This document shows positions 1 to 22,000 of a stretch of DNA of 64,000 bases, one piece after another (positions within the stretch are counted from its first letter, which is position 1; each line of letters starts with the position of its first letter). The position numbers and the translations under genes were made by a program. A model generated the notes under the pieces. It worked only from the letters and a program-made list of their open reading frames with translations, searched no databases and was not told where the DNA came from. The stretch comes from Phoronis australis (taxonomy: Eukaryota; Animalia; Phoronida). Location of the stretch: positions 124,001 to 188,000 of the forward strand of contig NMRA01000538.1 in the NCBI GenBank assembly GCA_002633005.1, given 5' to 3'.

Positions 1-391
1 ATCATCTGTTACAAGGTTTCAGCAATTGAAAGTAAAATTTGTTTTTGGACAGCTTTTATTCAATATCATGAATTTTCTTGTATAATAGACTTCTACTTTC
101 TTAAAATATTAACTGTGCCTGGAATAACCTTGAGTTAACTTTTTAAAAAAATATTGCTGCATTGACAAATAGCATCACAATTATGTCTTTTGACAAAAAT
201 TACTGATTCCTTACCCGAGCACATACTTCAGCAGTCTTCTCATTCCAAATGTTTTTATCATATAGAGTAGTATAACACTATCCCTCATTTGTGTTAACTG
301 AACTGATTAAAGTTCTTAATTCTTAGACTACCAATATACAAATTACCAAAGAGTGACCATGAACTCAGCATTGTCTAACACAACATCATAC

Positions 392-516
392 CTCGTCTAT
401 GTCATTTGAAGCCACGGCCTCCACTAGCGAGGACCATTGGTGCCACACCCGCAGACAGATGGTGCCACTGGGAACAATGTCATTGTGCTTGATGTCAGTG
501 GAGTCAATTAGCTCAC
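392..516 (-). CDS. ANKRD60: ANKRD60-like gene, second coding exon; gene continues beyond window start
   Basis: Boundaries ttctag|GT GAG...GAC GAG|gtatga; 125 nt, phase 1 to 0. Encodes (G)ELIDSTDIKHNDIVPSGTICLRVWHQWSSLVEAVASNDIDE, continuing the similarity ([23 protein letters not shown]...W..LV.A). Ankyrin repeats are not in this window. Confidence 0.8.
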
Positions 517-927
517 CTAGAAGCAAGAGTATGCTCTCATTGCAACCTTCAGCATTTCATAATTAGCAAACAGAACAAACAACACATTTGCCAGGTTAAA
601 AGTATTACCTGTTTAGGAATCACAAATGTATGAATTCAATAAAATATCAAGCACTATACAACATTACAGTCATACAAACGCCTGGGGAAGAATTTTTCTG
701 AGTAGGCTAAAAACCTCAAATGCTCAAGGAATTACAGATTCATAGACTTTTATCAGTTTTAAATAATTGCTCAGTGACTGGTACGTTAGTAGATACCAAT
801 TCCAGTTCCATACACAGTAAAATTTGAAGTCAGTTTCTAGTTCTTACAATTTCCAAATAATATTTGCTAACTTTTGAGTTAACTAGTGTCAGCAAATGAA
901 ACTCATTGGTTGAAGTGCAAATGATAC

Positions 928-1153
928 CTTCATCCAAATAGGTCAATCGCTGCAGATGCGTAGGTATTCCAGCTGCAAATTCGATATGGTCTTTCAGTTT
1001 TCTAATTGTCATATCTTGAGTGATGTTTTTCAAGGTGTATTTCTCCTTAGTGTCCAACAGTTTCACATATATCTTGAAATGATTAGCATTCTTCCCCATG
1101 GTAGCCATGCGGCTAAATGTCCGACTGTTGCTTGTCACAGGCAATATATCCAT
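928..1153 (-). CDS. ANKRD60: ANKRD60-like gene, first coding exon (ubiquitin-like domain, N-terminal part)
   Basis: ATG at 1153 follows an in-frame TGA at 1166-1168. Translation FKIYVKLLDTKEKYTLKNITQDMTIRKLKDHIEFAAGIPTHLQRLTYLDEG resembles, from memory, the ANKRD60 Ubl region ([30 protein letters not shown]). Phase-1 GT donor at 927; acceptor atttcag ending at 1220. Confidence 0.8.
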
Positions 1154-3268
1154 ACCACGTGGTGTTCAGTTCATCATTGATTTTTCATCATGCTTCCAGT
1201 GGTTGTTTTCATGGCATAGCTGAAATAATGGATTAACATGTATCATTATGTACTGGAAACTCTATGACTTAGTTTTCTAGTAGAATTTTGCTATTTCTAA
1301 AATTACCGACTAAGTCCGCCAAGCGCAAACCGCAAAGCTGATAATTCCATGTAAAAACCCGTCATTGTGGACTCAGTGTTTGGAGTTAAAATCTCGAAAC
1401 AAATAAACAAACTAAAACATCAGATAGACAATTTGATATATACTGGTTACGACAAATTATCCTTTTCTTTTAACATTACAGAAATCAAATCTAATCTTAT
1501 TATGTGTGCAATTTGTTAGTTAGGCTATATGCATAACGTCCAGAGTGGGCCGCAGGCACATTAGAAACAGGACCAGTGTCATGATACCTTGTACTTTATA
1601 ACAGATGTACAAGCAAGAACCACTAGGATCAATCCCCATGAAATTATCATGACTGTTTCGATGTAATTCATTTAGTGTGAAGCAGAGCAATATAATCACT
1701 GCAACAATGACTTCTACAATAATTCTATGGAGTGTGGTAGATAATTGGCCTGTGCATCATGTGATCCTTAAACAAAAGACTGCCGAGGATGCTTAACAAT
1801 AGATCAGGTTAATATCCAATTTGAAAACTGTTAGTTCCCTGAGGAGTAGAAAGTGATGCTTGGTTCTCAAAATCAAAGACCACCAAAAAGTACTATTGCT
1901 ATTATTGAACACTTTGTTATAAATAGCTATCAGAAAAATTGGTCACCTGTTATTTCAGATGCAGTCTCTATTGCGAGCAAATGATAGCAATATACAAAAG
2001 AAATATTAACGGTTGTAAGTAAATACATGGGGCTGTAGCCCCCACCCCTCACTTTTTAGTGCTGTGCCGGCCATGAAATAGAACTACAGGGAGCTATCCA
2101 TAATGAAAAATATATGTGACTGTATATAAAACAATTAAGGTAGAATAGACCTACTACCCTTATAGGTTTAACAGAATGTTCTCATGGGCACAGCCAGTGA
2201 ATAGCACACACCATCTAATGTGAGGGCAATGCATCAGGCGAATGAGTATTGTCAAATGACCACCTGTCATCATACTCTAATTCATACTCCATTCCATTTA
2301 TCCACAGAATAAAATGTCTTGGGGGAAGGGAGGGGGGGGGGGNNNNNNNNNNGGGGGGGGGTAAAGTCATTAAACACATAACATCAGTCCCCATCTCCTA
2401 CAATGCTCTGCTCTCAGACAACTGCCCTACGAGGAACGCAGGGCAAACTCCATAACCTCATGAGACCTAAATCGGAAAAATGAGTTACATGTATCTATCT
2501 GTAGTTATTTAACGTAGTCCACCATGTACAAAATCGCTTCTGACTCAGTCTTATCACCCACTGCATGCATTCATTGAGCCACCAACAAAATAACCCTCAG
2601 TTGTAGTTGCATATGAACAGGACATTTAAAAAACTTGTAATTGTTCCCTGTTATTTTCTTATATGTTTTGGTTAGATATACAGTATTTACCGTGTCTTCT
2701 GCATCTGCGGAAGAATCTTAAAAACAACGAAGATTGACCTACTTGAATAGTGAGGTCAGATTGAGCTTGTTACTACAAGGAAAATGTTAATTGTGGATAG
2801 ATTTTGTTTTGTTTAAAGACCATTCTTAACAGACTTTTTATGCTACTGCTAGTAAGGAATCTGACAATATCTTCTAACACAAAACCGCTTCTTGTATTGT
2901 TTACCATCAACGGTCACAGGCAAGTTAGATCTTATCAATATTTTGGTTTGCAAGCCGTGGTACATTTAGGTGGAATGTTTATGAAAGTAACAAAATGACA
3001 AATCGATGTTCTTACAACTGCGTCAACAGAGGTCAAACCCCACTCCCTCCGTAACAATGTTGCAAGCGAGGATGCACGGTTATGGAACTTCGATGACAAT
3101 GTATGTGTCTCCAGGTTCCCTACACATCATATGGGCTAAATTCCATTCACCACTCAAAGGTATCTCTCTTACAAAAATAAACTTCCTCTGAGTCTGACTC
3201 CGTCTGTTCCTGGAAGTGAGATGTTGTCAAAATCTTGTCAAAATCTTGATACCTTTACAAATGCCTTA

Positions 3269-3680
3269 ACTTACTTTTTATACCTAGGTTGTGAATTGCA
3301 ACAAACATCTAAACAGAAGCAGCCGCCTATATTGAATTTAAATAAGTTCTAATGTCACTTAAAGGAGACCGTTTTAATACAAACTTCTTCCGTCGACCCA
3401 TTCGAGCCTCCATGTTGTTTATCTCGCATCTCGTAGCTACCGGTACGATCCACATTATTTTTTAAAATGCATTTTATCACAATAAAAAATCTGAATATTT
3501 TTACTGACAAGATTCAAGAGACACACTATACAAAACCTATCCTTTATCTGTCTTTTTGTTATTGAAAATGATTTTTTGTTTTATTCTCATAAAGATTTGT
3601 GGGCCTTCATTTCACAAAATATCCCGGATGTAGCTGCAGTTGTGGATTACCTAAGTGGGTGATTTAAAGTTGTTCCAAAC
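3269..3680. promoter_or_regulatory. Probable divergent promoter region between ANKRD60-like and NDUFV2
   Basis: Genes are head-to-head. A minus-strand GTAAGT donor at 3269-3274 suggests a non-coding first exon of ANKRD60-like. ETS-like CCGGATGT at 3624-3631 lies about 50 bp upstream of the NDUFV2 ATG. No TSS can be determined from sequence. Confidence 0.4.
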
Positions 3681-11353
<7,673 letters not shown>

Positions 11354-12426
11354 CCTTACAGTGTGTAATGTGTTTAATTATTATTAGGACTGGATAAACA
11401 CTGGGTGGCATCCTGCAACTGCTTGGTGAAATACTCTGTGATTGGCTTGGTGTGTTTGTGCATGCAGTATGAACGATTAAGGATTTTGCCAGAACCCTTC
11501 CTCTGCTGGGCAAATATCTCATTTTCGTGTAGAGTCTGCGCTGCATTTGACTAAGTTTTGACTGAAGTATTAACCTTCATGCTCTCAGGCACGTATCGCA
11601 TTCATCAACAGCGTGAAATGTACATTCTTCCTTTGATAAGATTTCATGTTAAATCCATAATCCTGCTGGCAACTGATGTATTGGAGACTTGATATTCACT
11701 AGACAGTCTAATCCAGAAATGACTTAGTTAGACTCCTAATGACAACAGAAAGGTGTTCAAGTGCATGCGGGCATTTGTGAGATTAGAGTCCTTTGGAACT
11801 ACTTGGATGTGCGTATTTGCACGGGTAGGACTGGTGTTTTACTAGCGCCACCTTGTGAACTTGGACCTAGTTGAATTAGCCATTGATTGACTTGCTGGTA
11901 AGAAAATGGCTCACAGAATGTGTACCAGGTGAAAGGAACTTGTGCGAGGTCAAAGTACGAGTCTGTGATGCTTAGTAGTTTTGTCATTCGAGTTCAGTAA
12001 AATTACGGATGCATATTTGTGTGTTAAAAGGGAATAGAGTTACACCTTGAAAAGATATATCAAGCAGTCAGTCAGAGCACATTTGATGTGGTTGACATAT
12101 GGTCATAAAATTGCCTTCCTGTTGATGTAGTTCGGAACAATAATGGAGAAATTCTCGTCTGCAGCCTAGAACTCCCTCAGTCAGGCGACAGCTGTTATAG
12201 TTAAGTCATGATGGTCATGTAGCATTTTTTATTTGATCGCAAGTTGTTTTTCTTGACTTATGTGGCCCAGTGCCAAATGCTTAGAGTAAGTTAACACTGG
12301 TGAGGTTTAAGATGAGAACAATGTGCCTGTATGTGCAGTGTAAGTAAAGGACTTTAGAATAATTGTAATACTGTGTTCAAATTCATTAGTATGGCATATA
12401 TTGTTCTGTTCACTACTTCCGTGAGA

Positions 12427-12482
12427 AATAAACAGTGTCTAGTTCTGTTACAGTGACAACTTGTTCATGAAAAAGAAATAAA
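12427..12482 (+). terminator. Candidate NDUFV2 polyadenylation signals
   Basis: AATAAA at 12427-12432 and 12477-12482, about 1.1 kb after the stop; the first is followed by a GT-rich tract. Confidence 0.45.
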
Positions 12483-12973
12483 TCACAACTGTACAAAGAA
12501 TATATTTGTAGCACTTAAAGTTCTAGAAGTAACGAACAACAAACACCACCATTTAACAAATTTTTGAAGTCCCATCCAGTGTCACCTTTGAAAACCAGTG
12601 TTTAGGTACATGTTCAAATTAGGCTGAATGAAGTTTATTAATTGCTTCCACAGGAAGACTCACTGCTGCTAAGTTGATTTACCGGGTATTTCAGTTTCAT
12701 TTTGAGACTTCAGCTTGACTTTATGAGCACTACATGGGACTTTGACATTTAAGGATTGCCACAATACACAATGCCATGCTTGGCACACCGAGATATCAAG
12801 GTCACAGCTACTTAATGATAAGTACAAAGCATTAGAAGGTGCTAGGCCCTTGCTTTTTATGATTGGTTTGAATATTTGGAGTTTAAACTAGACAAGACTT
12901 TACAAGATTTTGCAAAATGTAGAATTTTTTTCCACAAATGTGTTGAGGTAATTGGCATTTCATTACTTGGGGA

Positions 12974-14215
12974 TTTATTACTCTGCGCGTGTAAGCGCAG
13001 AGTACTGTTGTTCCTGGGTTTTCTTCAATTTTATTCTTCTTATTCTTATTCTTCTTCCGACCAACTTTGAGGCTTAATAACTCCAAATTGGTTGCAGGTA
13101 CGGTCTTTAAATTCAGCATATGACTTTTGACAGTATATAAATTTTGATTGGTTATATAATCATATTCCATATTGCACCGGAAGAGGTTGTTTGGTGAAAA
13201 GGTCATATAATTTTCAAAATGCTACTCCTTCAGTTTTAAAACTATCTTTTTCAAATTCGGTGCACAGGTATAAGTTAACATGACAATTTTAAAAATTACT
13301 TTTCTAAGTAATCGGGTCATCCAATCAGGTGAAATAGGTCATTAGGTGCAAACTAAAATTTTGAGCTAGACACTTCAAATTGACAGGTCTGATTGCCACA
13401 GGTAAATCAAATCGGAATCCAAAGTTTCAGGTCATTTAGTGCAAACATGGGGTCATTAGGTGCATTTTTCTTCTGAAAATTTGACCTTTTCAATCAGCAA
13501 GTATTCTGATGTGTCAACCGTTAGACAACTGTGATTCTCAGCGTTAAACACATTTTCCATGGGCTTTGCAATAATTCTCCTAAAGATGCTTAAAATGCAC
13601 CGGATAAGGTCAATTAGTGCAAAGGTCATGTAACGTTCAAAATGTTATATCTCTTACGTTTTTCAAGGAATTCTTTTCAATTTCAGCACACTGGTGTAAG
13701 TCAACATGCCAATTGAATACCCTACTTTACTTCGCAATAGGCCTAACCAATCAGAAAAAATAGGTCAAAGGTCATTGAGTGCAAACTAAAATTTTGAGCT
13801 AGAGACTTCAGAATTACGTATCTGTTTACTAAGTGCGATTGAGTTTGAATTCTAAATTTTCAGGTCATTTGGTGCACCCATGGGGTCATTAGGTGCATTT
13901 TTCTTCTGAAAGTTTGACCACTTCATTCATCTTGTATTCTGAAGTGCTTAAAGTAAAACATCTGTGATTATTAGCATTAGCCACAGTTTTAATCGAGTTA
14001 ACAATTACTCCCTCATCGGGGCTCATAATGCACCGGAAGAGGTCAATTAGTGGAAAGGTCATCAAAACAATAATATGTAATTTCTCCTACAATTTTAAAG
14101 AATTCCTTTTCATATTGGTAAACGGGTTTTGCTGTCAGTAACTTCCCATAATAATTCCAGTAATACACACGTGCAGAGTCCGTTATTGTCACGCCGTGAC
14201 AATAATCTTTCTAGT
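12974..14215 (+). mobile_element. Non-autonomous Helentron/DINE-1-like (HINE) element, apparently complete
   Basis: 5' inverted repeat tactctgcgc/gcgcagagta (12979-13004); TTC/TTA microsatellite; internal ~430-bp tandem units (tgcaccgga at ~13174, ~13597, ~14029); 3' subterminal IR cacgtgcagagt (14168-14179); hairpin ttattgtcacg-c-cgtgacaataa (14183-14205); CTAGT end (14211-14215). Confidence 0.75.
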
Positions 14216-15545
14216 TTGTATCCAGATTAATGATCATGATTCGTTTCGATGTAGAACATACAAAAAATTCTTGTTTAATTTGAGTGTAAACTTTCTTATG
14301 CGTCAAACTCGGGACCCCGCAACTTTAAAAGACGCAGTGCTAAAATGCCAAGGATGAAGACAAATATAATATAATAAAAAGTAAAATTTGCACAAGCTGG
14401 ATCCAACTGAATCAGGAGATTGTATCAGAGTAAGGCAAAATTCGACTTGCGAGAAGGGCCATGTGACTGAACCAGAGGAACCACATTCCAGAAATGTTAG
14501 TTGACCGAAGAACCGACTTGGTCAAGTCTACTCTACTTCAATTTTTAACTCTGCTTGTCAAGAGATTTGCAAACTTTGAACAAACCTTGTCTAGTCAGGC
14601 AACTTCATGAGATGAGCCTCCTATTCAATACAGATTCATACTTTTTAACACGTTTCTGCTGAAACGCAGTGTAGAAACAGGTAGGAGATCAGACCAGTAA
14701 CTATGTCGAGTCAGATTATTTAGTGTTCCAGCCACTACGCAGTGCTGACACAAGTTGGGTGTCTGATCAACATAGAGTCATTCATGATACAAGGCAAGAA
14801 ATTTTGGCTTGTACGATATAAAGAACGGCAGTTTTAATTTGTGTACTTAAATACAATTTTCTCCTACAAATCATTCTGGGAAGGCCGTGCTGTTAGCAAA
14901 GTTCTTTTTTTCAAAAGCTATGCAAACATATCTACTGGCAGAGAAAATCTTTTATAAATTATTGGTTTGGTAACTTGGTGGCAATCACCTATTTTTGATG
15001 TTAATTGATTTAGAAAACAGGTTTCCAAGGTAAATGATGGGCTTTTGAGTCTTGCATCCATTCCTAAAAAACAGTCCAGAACAAACTGTGATATTTTTGG
15101 CTTAATGCAAAGGCAGATCGATTCCATGAGTACCTGGACAGACACCATAATTCACTCTTAATAAAACTGCTACTAAAAATCCTCAATTATAAGACCTTTC
15201 ATCACACCTTATAGGCAATATCAAAGCTCTTATGATGAACATGTCACTTTTATTAACTCGAAGTGAGTTTTCACATGTATAACTCGGGCTCTCAACAACT
15301 GTGTTGTGGCATTAATTTACATACTTTAATGGGTAGTCTTGTTTTGATTTTGTTTGTCAGATTTAAGTTATCTATAACATTTTAAGTTTCAAAATAAAGG
15401 GAGTTAACACTGACCTAGTTTTCCAAGATTGCTAAGTTTGGGGAGAGAGGGGGGGCATGGGTGGAAGTATCATCTCAACCTTTATCTTTGTGTCCATATA
15501 TATATAAAGTTTCGTGATACTACAATCATACAATCTCAATGTAAT

Positions 15546-16081
15546 CTACACAAAACTTTCTTCATTGTGCCCTTGTGGTGACACACTGGGCTCTCTGTGG
15601 ACCTCAACACTGCACAGAATCTTGTTATCCATTGGAATATCGTTTCTGTCCATGTTAACACCATCCCAGGTACAGTGTAGTGGACTGAAGTGCTCTACCT
15701 TGTTTCTTTTACTGAAATCAATCACCGACTTTGAGCGCTGGGTCTGTGGTTTACCCGGACTGCGTAAAATATCGGCAATGTCCGTATCCATGGGACAGAT
15801 AACATTCCTTTTCGTAAATGGACTACTGCAGATGGCGGAGTTCAGTGACGATTTTGACTGCCGACCTGTTCTTCCCGAGCTAGGCTTATCGCTATTCAGT
15901 GATGCTTTTGATTTGTTTTCACAGCTTCGACTTTCTACTGAATTTTGCTCATTAGGAGGTGGAGTTACGTGGGATGCCGCCGGCGACTGCACACGCTTAG
16001 GGGTTGAACAGGATGACATGATGCGATCTATCTCCTCCTGGCATTCTTTGTCATTCATCTCATCAATATCCTGCATTTTGC
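15546..16081 (-). CDS. CNGB1: CNGB terminal exon (Ser/Pro-rich tail)
   Basis: ctgtcag|(G)[23 protein letters not shown]...GHNEESFV*; phase-1 acceptor; minus-strand AATAAA at 15248-15253. Confidence 0.7.
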
Positions 16082-19000
16082 CTGACAGTAGAAATATCAA
16101 GGAAGTATAAGTTATTGCCTAGCAGAGAATATTGGCTCGTTGAAAAATGAATGTGTACTGATGTTTCATGAGACACTTTCTGCTTGTGGAAGTACACAGA
16201 TAAACCAATTTGTAGAAATAGTAACTTAAACACATGATTATAAAAAGAGCCATATGATACAAGATTAAGCAATGCTTTAATTACGCCCCTAATGTACAAT
16301 AACATAAATTTATCTTTAAACGCAGCGTGTCACCACTCATGTATTACCCATCAGAGCAGCTTACTAGCATTCATCACATTTCTCAAGTATCGAACACTGT
16401 GTTTTGTATCAACAGAGTTTGAAAATAGACTTCACAGCTCATAAAATCTTAAAAAGTAGCTGTCGACACAACATTTGTATGTATCCCATTGAGTTGAAGG
16501 ATCGATTACTGTTGGTTTAATTACTGAATTTTGGGATAGCTAATATTGCTTATTTCTTAAATCTAAAATAAAATAATAAATTTTTCAATGACCCAAACCA
16601 AAGAATTTTTACCGTTCTTCCACTAACTTAATTTAAAAGATGGTGCTGTTCCTTTATTACAAAGTAGTTAAATTAGTAACCAACCATCATCATCATTGTT
16701 GGGGTCAGTAGGAACATCCATCTCCGTCTGTTCAACTATCAGTACTTCATCCTCATCATCAGAAAGGCTTTCCAGGTTCTTAAATGAAAGTCGACAAATA
16801 TGTATTTTTAATGATGAATGTTATTAAATGAATACTGAATTTCGCTGCAACCACCCGAGAACACTATCAAAATCAACTGTCATTTGCAAAGGCATTTATT
16901 TTCCCAAATATTCCTTTTACAATACGAATATGAGTGTTATGAAATAACAACCATGAAAATAACAATAACAATTATAACAATACTAATAATAATAAAACTA
17001 ACAACAGAAATAATTATAGTAATAACAAAAATTACGGTAATTTTCCACTTATTTCGCACAAAACGTTTTGCCAAAATTGTCATTTTCCATTTCAAGGGCT
17101 GCTTTAACTTTGCTACAATAGTGTAAACTTTATAATTGTGACGCTATCGTCATCAAAGTAATCGTGATTGCAGTGACCCTTGCTGGTGACTTCAATGAGA
17201 CCAAAGTTGACTGTTATTTTGACCTCATCAAAGCGTTGACGCTCCACCATTAAATCCACATTTTAACTTCGAAGATAACTGGCGATGTTAACTTCGATCC
17301 TAGACCAAAATTAACTGCATACTGACTGCAACTCTCTAGAACATCGACACGACAACATAATTTAGTGTGAAAGGGTCTACAGCGACACAGTAAACCTACC
17401 TCAGAATAGGTAGGCAACCCATCATCACCACTCTCCATTTCAGTTTGTTTAGACAGTGAACTGTTCTTGGCTTTTAGCCTGTTGTTGCTCTTTCCTTTGA
17501 TCCATGTTGAGGATTTGCCCTTTGACCTCAGCCACTTCATCACCTTGGACTCTGGATCTATCACCTACAACAACAACAATGTTCAAAGATAGAGAAAGAA
17601 TAATTACGCAGTGTTCTTATTTCATTTGAGTCCCAAAATTTATGTGGCGCTTTTTTTAATCGCCTATCTTTCCGGAGATTGATGTCATTTTGTTCATCAT
17701 AGTTTATTATGTTTCATTCTCTTACTTTGTAAAAATATAAATGACCTACAGTATATTTCACTAAAAATGGTCTCTTTTTTGTCTCTGGAAACTGCTTGTA
17801 GTGACACAGATTTATTTATGGTCAGGATATATGCCAATCATAAACAATGCAAAACGTGCCGACAACTGCACCAGACAAAATGTATCTAGGGGTGTTAATC
17901 AGTATCATAAAATTTGGCGACCATATGGCACAGAATACGTCAAACCTGGAAAATTGGACGGCTTCATCACCTCTGTAATAGAAAACTATTTGTCACATTT
18001 CATGAAAATCCATCAAGGAACTAAAAACGCAGAGACAAATGTAAAAACTTGCATTCCACAAGGAGGCAGATAGGGAATTAATTGTGGGAATATAATTTCA
18101 CAAAAGTCCTGTATCAGGCTCAGAGGAGATAGCCACTCTAGATGCAAAAATGTCACTTCAGCACTTAGACCTATCCGTCAATCATACAATTGCCAAATTT
18201 CACGAAAAACTGTCATGAAACTCTGATGATTAAAAAGCAAATGCAAAATCTAAAATTGCCACTAGAGGGTACAGCGGTAGTCGAATCCATCGAAAAATTG
18301 TGGTCAGCTGTTGTCACATTAATAGGAAACACTTGTGGCGATTTCACAAAAAAGCTGCAAAAAATTAAGGAGATAGAGTGGCGCAGGCAAAATTGCCACT
18401 GGGAGGTGCCACAGCCATCAAAACTATCCAAAAATCAACGTGAGCCACAGTTTTATCAGAATCAACATGTGTGCCCATTTTCATAACAATGTTCTTGAAT
18501 GTCAAGCAGATGAAGAGGCGAATGTCAAAAAAACGAACTTGAAAATAAAACGTGGACATTAGGCTGTGCAAAATACTTCAAACCTGTCTGAAAATGAATA
18601 GAAACCTGTTTGACGAACTTCATGAAAATCGATTGATGAACTCCGAATATAACAAGGCAAACACTAGGGGGGGGCACAGCGGTATTGCAATCAATGCGAA
18701 ACTCGTTACCATGTCGTCAGCTCTATAGGAGCACATCTGTCAAATTTCACAATGCTCCTTCAAAGACTTTGTTACAGAGACTTGGCCACAAATCAATATC
18801 AATTGTGGTTTCCTCATCACCAACAAATGTGCAACTTTCATAATGATCTTTTGTTTGGTTTGGCAGCGAAAACAGCTCATAAAAAACAAAATGGCTACAA
18901 GGCGATGTAAAATACGTTAAAACCATATGAGAATGGAATGTCATCGTCTTCTTTTTAATAAAACTTTATTAAGGAACTCCGAAAGCATTTGCGGCTTGGC

Positions 19001-22000
19001 TACTCAAAACCCTTAGAGGGTAATAAAGCAATTATCCTATCAGCCAGGACCATAAACTCTTTGTTAAACTGTGTTTACTTACACAGACCAACTGGGCAGT
19101 TGTAGGACTAAAAGCAGCCGAGGATCCACAAAGAACTACTTTCACTGATTTTGCATGTCAATTTCAAAAAGCTCGGTTATTGTGTGCTCATTTTGTAATT
19201 TGTTGATTGATGGCACTATATAATACAAAGAGTGCTGATGATGTTCTTGTCAATAAATTGCATATTAGACTGACTGACTGTGCTCCCAACATTAGTTTTC
19301 TAAATTGAAGAAGCCTTCAATCACTGAACATTCTGGAAAAAAATCACAACAAAGTTATTCAAGTAGAACAAAATTTCACCAGTTTTGAATAAAACGACTA
19401 CCAAAATTGACCTTTTTCATTTTTCAGGGCTTCCAACATTTGTGTGAATGCCAACAATCTTTCAAAATATTTATCCGACAGTTGCCACTTAATAGTCCTA
19501 ATTTTCATGCAACATGTATTTCTAGAGAGAAGAGATAAAATAAAATTTTACATGTCTGCTATGTCCTAAATTGGCAAGACTTTACAATAACAGAACTTTT
19601 GTTGATCTTCCTAAAAAGACATCTGTATTACGGTAAACTAGACCTTAAGTAAACCAGACTTCCAGCACAATGTGTGTAAACTTGCAGTAAAACTTCATCA
19701 ATTACATGCTATAAGATTTACTTAATAGAACAGTGCATACAATGTCAATGGTCTGCCATGTTGTCTTCTCAGTACAGAATTTTGACAGCAAACGTTTAAT
19801 TTACAATTAGAAACTGTAAAGAATTTCAGTTCTATGTTGTCTTCTAAAAGAAGAATAATTACCTTCTCAGGCATATCATCCTCTTAAGGAAGAAGGATCA
19901 ATTACAAACTGTTTAATTCAAACCATTAGAATTTCACTTGTTTACCATTTTGTCTTCTAAAAGAAGAAGTACTACAGGATACTCAACAATTTATCTACAC
20001 AATTCTGATGAGGAAAGTGACACACCTTAACGACAGTCTTGAGTAGTTTAGGCGTTGACGATGACACAGAAGTGTGATTAATGACTTCCTCCGACACCAT
20101 CTCCTGCTTGTCTTGTTTCATTGTCTTGGCATTAATTGCCAGCAACTTTCTACAATAAGCGAGGTAACAACAGTTGGGAAATCACAATACAAAGATATTA
20201 GTAGTTACACTTTTAGGAAACTTTTAAACTATAAATGTATATATTTTCTGAAAATTGTACTTTTGCGCATTGTAAAATCACAGTTAAAGTTGATAATATT
20301 AAGCAAACATGCTATAAATGGTTCATTGAACACTCAAAGAATGCAAGTTGACAGTATTACAATAAGCACGCTGCCAAAATTGTCAAGAATCGATCACTTT
20401 TAATGTCACATGAAGTAATATCATGCCACTATTCAGTTAGACATATTTCATTTAAAAAATGCCAGACTTTGAAAATTTTACACAGTCAATGATATTACTT
20501 CACTCATTTCATTTTAACAGTTCATATAAAATTTGATTAAAAATTGCGAAAACTTTGATATCATCCATTTCACGTACTTAGCACGTTTCTTCAACAAAGC
20601 CTGAGCATCTGGGTAGTCTCTCATGGCTCGTTCAAAATCACTCTTACATAACTTGAACACATTTGAGAAGCCTTTTGATTGGACGGTGGCTGTTCTACGG
20701 TTGCCACCAGCTAAAGCTAACAGACTGAAATACAATACATTATGAACATGCCAGGTTAGTTTCTACAGACAAAACCAATCGTATACACTAGACACAGATC
20801 AAACTGGAACTGGGTTTGCATGGGAGACCCTGACTAGCACCTCATTGTCCTCATCAAACACTATATATGTTGACCTAGCTATGTTCCCATTTATTATAAC
20901 TCCCATGCTGGGTTCACAAAAATACATTTAGTATTTACAGTCATGAAATCCATTCCTTTTTCTCAAGATGGTGAGCGTAGCAAGACTCCAACTTGAATTA
21001 GACAAATCCAAATTAATGGCTTGATTTTCCAATCTCCGCACAGAAACAAAGAAGAAAAAAATCAACTGGATTTCCATACATTCTGTACAACCCAAAGTTG
21101 ATGAGAGTGACACAATATTAGTATTCAAGGTGTCAGGGGCCCATCCTCAGCCCATTCCATTTCGCATCTGAGTATATAATGTTCACATCAGTTGAGATGA
21201 CTGGCTTGCTGTCCATGCACTTGTTATTCAGTAATTACCTGTTTATGCTTATGTGGTACCTTACCCACAAGTCTGCGGATCAAGCCAAATGTCTGAGAAA
21301 CTGCAGAGTTGAAGTCGGTCTATAGCTCATGCAATTAGACTTTTGACTTAACCAATATGCTATTAATTTTATAATGTGACCATGTCTTTTTAGTAGTTTA
21401 CCAAAATGAAGGTACATTGATAGCAAAACAATTGTCAGTATAAATAACACAGCCAACATTATATTTGATGTACGGTAAATGTTCAGGATGAAATCTTAAA
21501 AATTCTGTTACAGTCATCTAAATCATCGTTGATTTCATTTTTGTTTTCTGCAACTCAAATTTTGATTTTTCATGAAAATCATGTCCTATTTTTAATTGCC
21601 CCTCATGCAAACTGTAGCATTTTAAAAATAATTCCAAACAGGTTCATGGAGAACAGTATAATAAGCACTTGAAAAGTTGAAATGAATATAATCAGCCATT
21701 TCTGAGCTATGATTTTCCAAAGTTAGCCAAATTTGAATATTTTTCCAGTGTCATACATAACTTTAATAACATTTTGTTCAGCAAAGTTCAAGCTGAAGTA
21801 AAATCTCATTGCCTTATAAATGACAATTGGAATTTTTGCATTGCATGGATTTGTCATTTACCCCAACTTCTAGAGCTTTTAATGTACAGGCGAGGTCCAG
21901 ATGACCGGTCCACTATTATGCACAACGCTATGCTAGAGTGGTACAGGCGAGGTCCAGATGACCGGGCCACTATTATGCACAACGCTATGCTAGAGCAGTG

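Noticed and set aside
2321-2361. G-rich tract as a G-quadruplex element
   Set aside because: Interrupted by an N gap, so its true length and sequence are unknown.
15514-16110. 198-aa + strand ORF
   Set aside because: Antisense shadow of the CNGB terminal exon; non-ATG start and no recognisable domain.
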